Shown: positions 61,585 through 64,000 of the stretch, in pieces
How the letters are laid out: every line of letters begins with the position of its first letter
Position numbering within the stretch: the stretch's first letter is position 1
NCBI GenBank assembly: GCA_963797555.1
Contig: CAWCPV010000007.1
Span: 128,001-192,000 of the forward strand
Length of the DNA stretch: 64,000 nt
Source of the DNA: an uncultured Gammaproteobacteria bacterium
Lineage (GTDB): Bacteria; Pseudomonadota; Gammaproteobacteria; CAWCPV01
Direction: 5' to 3'
The notes under the pieces: generated by a model
What the model was told of the DNA's origin: nothing
What the model saw: the letters and a program-made list of their open reading frames with translations, nothing else
Database searches by the model: none
Translations under genes and position numbers: made by a program

Positions 61585-62626
61585 TCACCGTTGCACCAAC
61601 AAGACGGCGTGGCCGTCCGGATCCTTGACCATCAACCCCTTGGTGAACGGCATCCCGCTAAGCGTCACCACCCGCGGCGACACGAAGGTCACGTTCTGCC
61701 TCTCCAGGGCCGGCACCAGCTCTTCCAGGTCGTCCACCTGCAGCACCGAGTGCAGCGTGCACGGTGTCAGCGGCATGCGCCCCGGGCGGCGTCGGCCGGC
61801 CTCCCGCCGGGGTCAGGTACTGGAGAAATTCGATTCCAGGTCCTTCGGGGCTCTCCGGGTGCAGCCCGGTAACCCGCACCACCGCCCCGAACGCACCATC
61901 CAGGTGCTCCTGGGTGGGTCCGCTATTGAGGCTTCCGCCGCCCACCTTGAGGCCCAGGAGGTCCCGGTAGAAGGCCAGGCTGCGCTCGGTGCCCGAAACG
62001 GTAATGGCCGAATGGTCGATGCCCAGGAACAGCCGGTCGCTGGGGGCGTGCCACTTGGGCCGGCCCTTGTCCGGCGGGAAGTAAAGCAGCTCCAGGGGGT
62101 GACCGTCGGGGTCCTTGAACTTGAATGCCTGGACGCCGGCCGCCGCGGCATTCGCGGCCGGAATGGTCTGAGGCTCGCTGGAGATGGCTTGAAACGGTGA
62201 CTCGCCGAGGTGCCGGTAGGCCTTCTCCATGTCCGAGACCACGATGGCGAGGTGCTGAAACCACAGGTCGTTGGAGCGGCTGTCTATCAGGATCGGCTCG
62301 CCTCCCGGGGCCACGAACTGGTCCAGCTCGATGGCCTTGTCGCCCAGCCGCAGAGTCACGCTGCGCACCCGTGCGCCGAAAACCCCGGTGAGGGCGTCGT
62401 AACTCGGGTCCACGATGCGCCGCTCGGCGACCTTCTGGAAGCCGAGCACCTTCTCGTAGAAGGCCTCGGAGCGGTCAACGTCCGATACGGTGAGCGCGAA
62501 CCCCTGGACAGCACGGACCTGACCCAGAGCCGGCAAGGCAGCGAGGCCCAGGAGCGCGGCGCACAGCCATGCACCTGCCGTCCGCCTGCGCCACATCACC
62601 GCCGTTCCCAGAACTCTAGGCTCCAT
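61585..62626 (-). CDS. Exported double-domain VOC/glyoxalase family protein (apparent frameshift ~61757)
   Basis: Signal peptide, TVSDVDRSEAFY, SRSNDLWFQH, KDPDGHPLEL, GIDHSAI, second KDPDGH. Confidence 0.83.
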
Positions 62627-62747
62627 GCTCAGCCTCCACTCGCGGAATCCCAGTGCCTTCCGGTCTCGCACCGCCAGGCGCGGCTCCGGCGTGCCGTCTT
62701 TCGGGAGGGCTCCGCCCTTTCCTGCTCCCGGCCCGTACAACAGCTCA

Positions 62748-62888
62748 GAGCTTGTGAAGAAATCGTCGCGAGCGGCCCGAGAGCAAGGCGCACGGAGCGC
62801 AGCGACGAGACATATCAAGTAGATAGGCGAGGAGCGAGCACCGCGCAACGCCGCTATCGGGACGCGCAGCAGATCTATTCACAAGCTC
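62748..62888. mobile_element. MITE-like repeat, copy 2 (141 bp)
   Basis: Perfect 11-bp TIR GAGCTTGTGAA / TTCACAAGCTC, TCA on both flanks; homologous to 21904-22110. Confidence 0.85.
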
Positions 62889-62926
62889 TCAGACCTGTTC
62901 ATGCCGGCGTGGTCCCGTAACGTGCT

Positions 62927-63403
62927 CTAGAACCCGAACTTCTTTCCGAGCAGATGATCCAGGGACAGCTTCCCCGGTCCGTGCAGCAGCAAGACCAACA
63001 GCATCAGCCCCCACACCTCGTGCTGCTCCAGGCCCGCTGCCATCAGCCCCGGATAAGAGATCACCGCGATGATGTTGAACACGAACAGCACGAATGCCGC
63101 GAATCTGCCCGCGAGCCCCAGCACCAGCAGCACCGGGAAGAACAGCTCGGTGAAGGCGCCCATGTAGGCGGCCACCTCGGGCGGCAGCAGCGGCACGTGA
63201 TACTCCTCCTGAAACAGCAGGACGGTCGTGTCCCAGCTCTGGATCTTGCTGAGCCCCGACCTGAAGAAGCCGTTGGCCACCCACAGCCGCAACGCGAGAT
63301 CCGCCAACGGGGACAGGAAATCCAGCCCGCGGTACACCACCTTTACCCAGCCGGCGGCACGCCCGAACAGCGACGGGGGCCCTGATTGCATGACAGCGCT
63401 CAT
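62927..63403 (-). CDS. DoxX-family membrane protein
   Basis: LALRLWVA..FFRSGLSK, ELFFPVLLVLGL..R, GPGKLSLD. Confidence 0.9.
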   Translation of the reverse strand: MSAVMQSGPPSLFGRAAGWVKVVYRGLDFLSPLADLALRLWVANGFFRSGLSKIQSWDTTVLLFQEEYHVPLLPPEVAAYMGAFTELFFPVLLVLGLAGRFAAFVLFVFNIIAVISYPGLMAAGLEQHEVWGLMLLVLLLHGPGKLSLDHLLGKKFGF

Positions 63404-64000
63404 GTTTCACCTCCGATAGCGAACACGGGTTCCTCGTTCGAAGCCACGAATTCACTGCTGAAAAACTCCACCAAAGTGCCGCGTAGCACGTGATGCTGCA
63501 GGCAGGCGCTCAGGTCGAAATCCGATTGCACGTCCAAGGCGGATTCGCAGGCCTGGGCAAACGTTCGGTCCGCGCCCAGCTCCCGTAGCAGGGTGAACTC
63601 GGCTTCGCCGAGCGGCTCCAGCTCGACCTCCAACCGCTGCCGGGCGACGAGGATGCGAACGCCGCCCTCGGCAAGGTCCACGACAGGATCGCCTTCGAAG
63701 CCCTCCTGATTGACTTGCCAGATGCGCAAGATGGGGTACGGAGACCGCACCAGGCGGGTCGCAGGGTGCAGGCGAAAACGAAGTCGTCCGTAATGGTCGG
63801 GGTCGAACGCCGCGAGCGCCGCCAGGTCCATCGGAGCGTGGCTCGCCTCGTGGAACACCCGGTGATAGGCCCACTCCAGCCGCGCAACGTCCGGCAGATA
63901 GGCTAGCTCCGCGGCGGGCGCCAACGCCTCCAGGAACTCGGCCAACTCTGCGCCGAAGTCGTGGAGGTTTCCGGATCGGGACGGGTGGGCCGGGACATAG
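63400..64000 (-). CDS. DUF2063 (HvfC/BufC-like) protein, 5' end outside window
   Basis: HPSRSGNLHDFGAELAEFL, YLPDVARLEWAYH, RLHPATRL..SPYPILRIW; ATGA coupling to DoxX. Confidence 0.85.
   Translation of the reverse strand, partial: YVPAHPSRSGNLHDFGAELAEFLEALAPAAELAYLPDVARLEWAYHRVFHEASHAPMDLAALAAFDPDHYGRLRFRLHPATRLVRSPYPILRIWQVNQEGFEGDPVVDLAEGGVRILVARQRLEVELEPLGEAEFTLLRELGADRTFAQACESALDVQSDFDLSACLQHHVLRGTLVEFFSSEFVASNEEPVFAIGGET

Overview
GC-rich bacterial window, most likely from a Gammaproteobacterium (inferred from the accB-aroQ-tlpA-dsbD-cutA / groES-groEL / glnE-ilvE order). 1-10.8 kb is housekeeping, with a perfect CIRCE box before groESL. 10965-21240 is a decayed ~10.3 kb tyrosine-integrase element. 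It is bounded by a 17-bp direct repeat that duplicates the 3' end of a sulfotransferase gene, and it contains IS630, ISAzo13, IS91-type elements, a MITE, a CopG/PHB-depolymerase pair and an OmpA gene. 21.2-35.2 kb is an LPS/surface-glycan locus (msbA, GT9, five GT4, WaaL-like ligase, asnB-type amidotransferase, sulfotransferase). 35.5-42.5 kb holds a PEPCK-like enzyme and a CHASE2 adenylate cyclase - SH3 - M48 peptidase - NamZ run. 44-56.3 kb looks like a defence island: two dynamin-like GTPases with near-identical G-domain DNA, a broken vapBC, an IS1380-split RES protein, a sacsin-ATPase/DUF3883-like protein and an IS66 carrying a DUF4338 gene. 56.4-64 kb has oxidoreductases and the tail (DUF2063-DoxX) of a probable DUF692 cluster. 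Many single-base frameshifts in ordinary genes suggest long-read assembly errors. All family calls come from motif recognition by eye; no database search was run.
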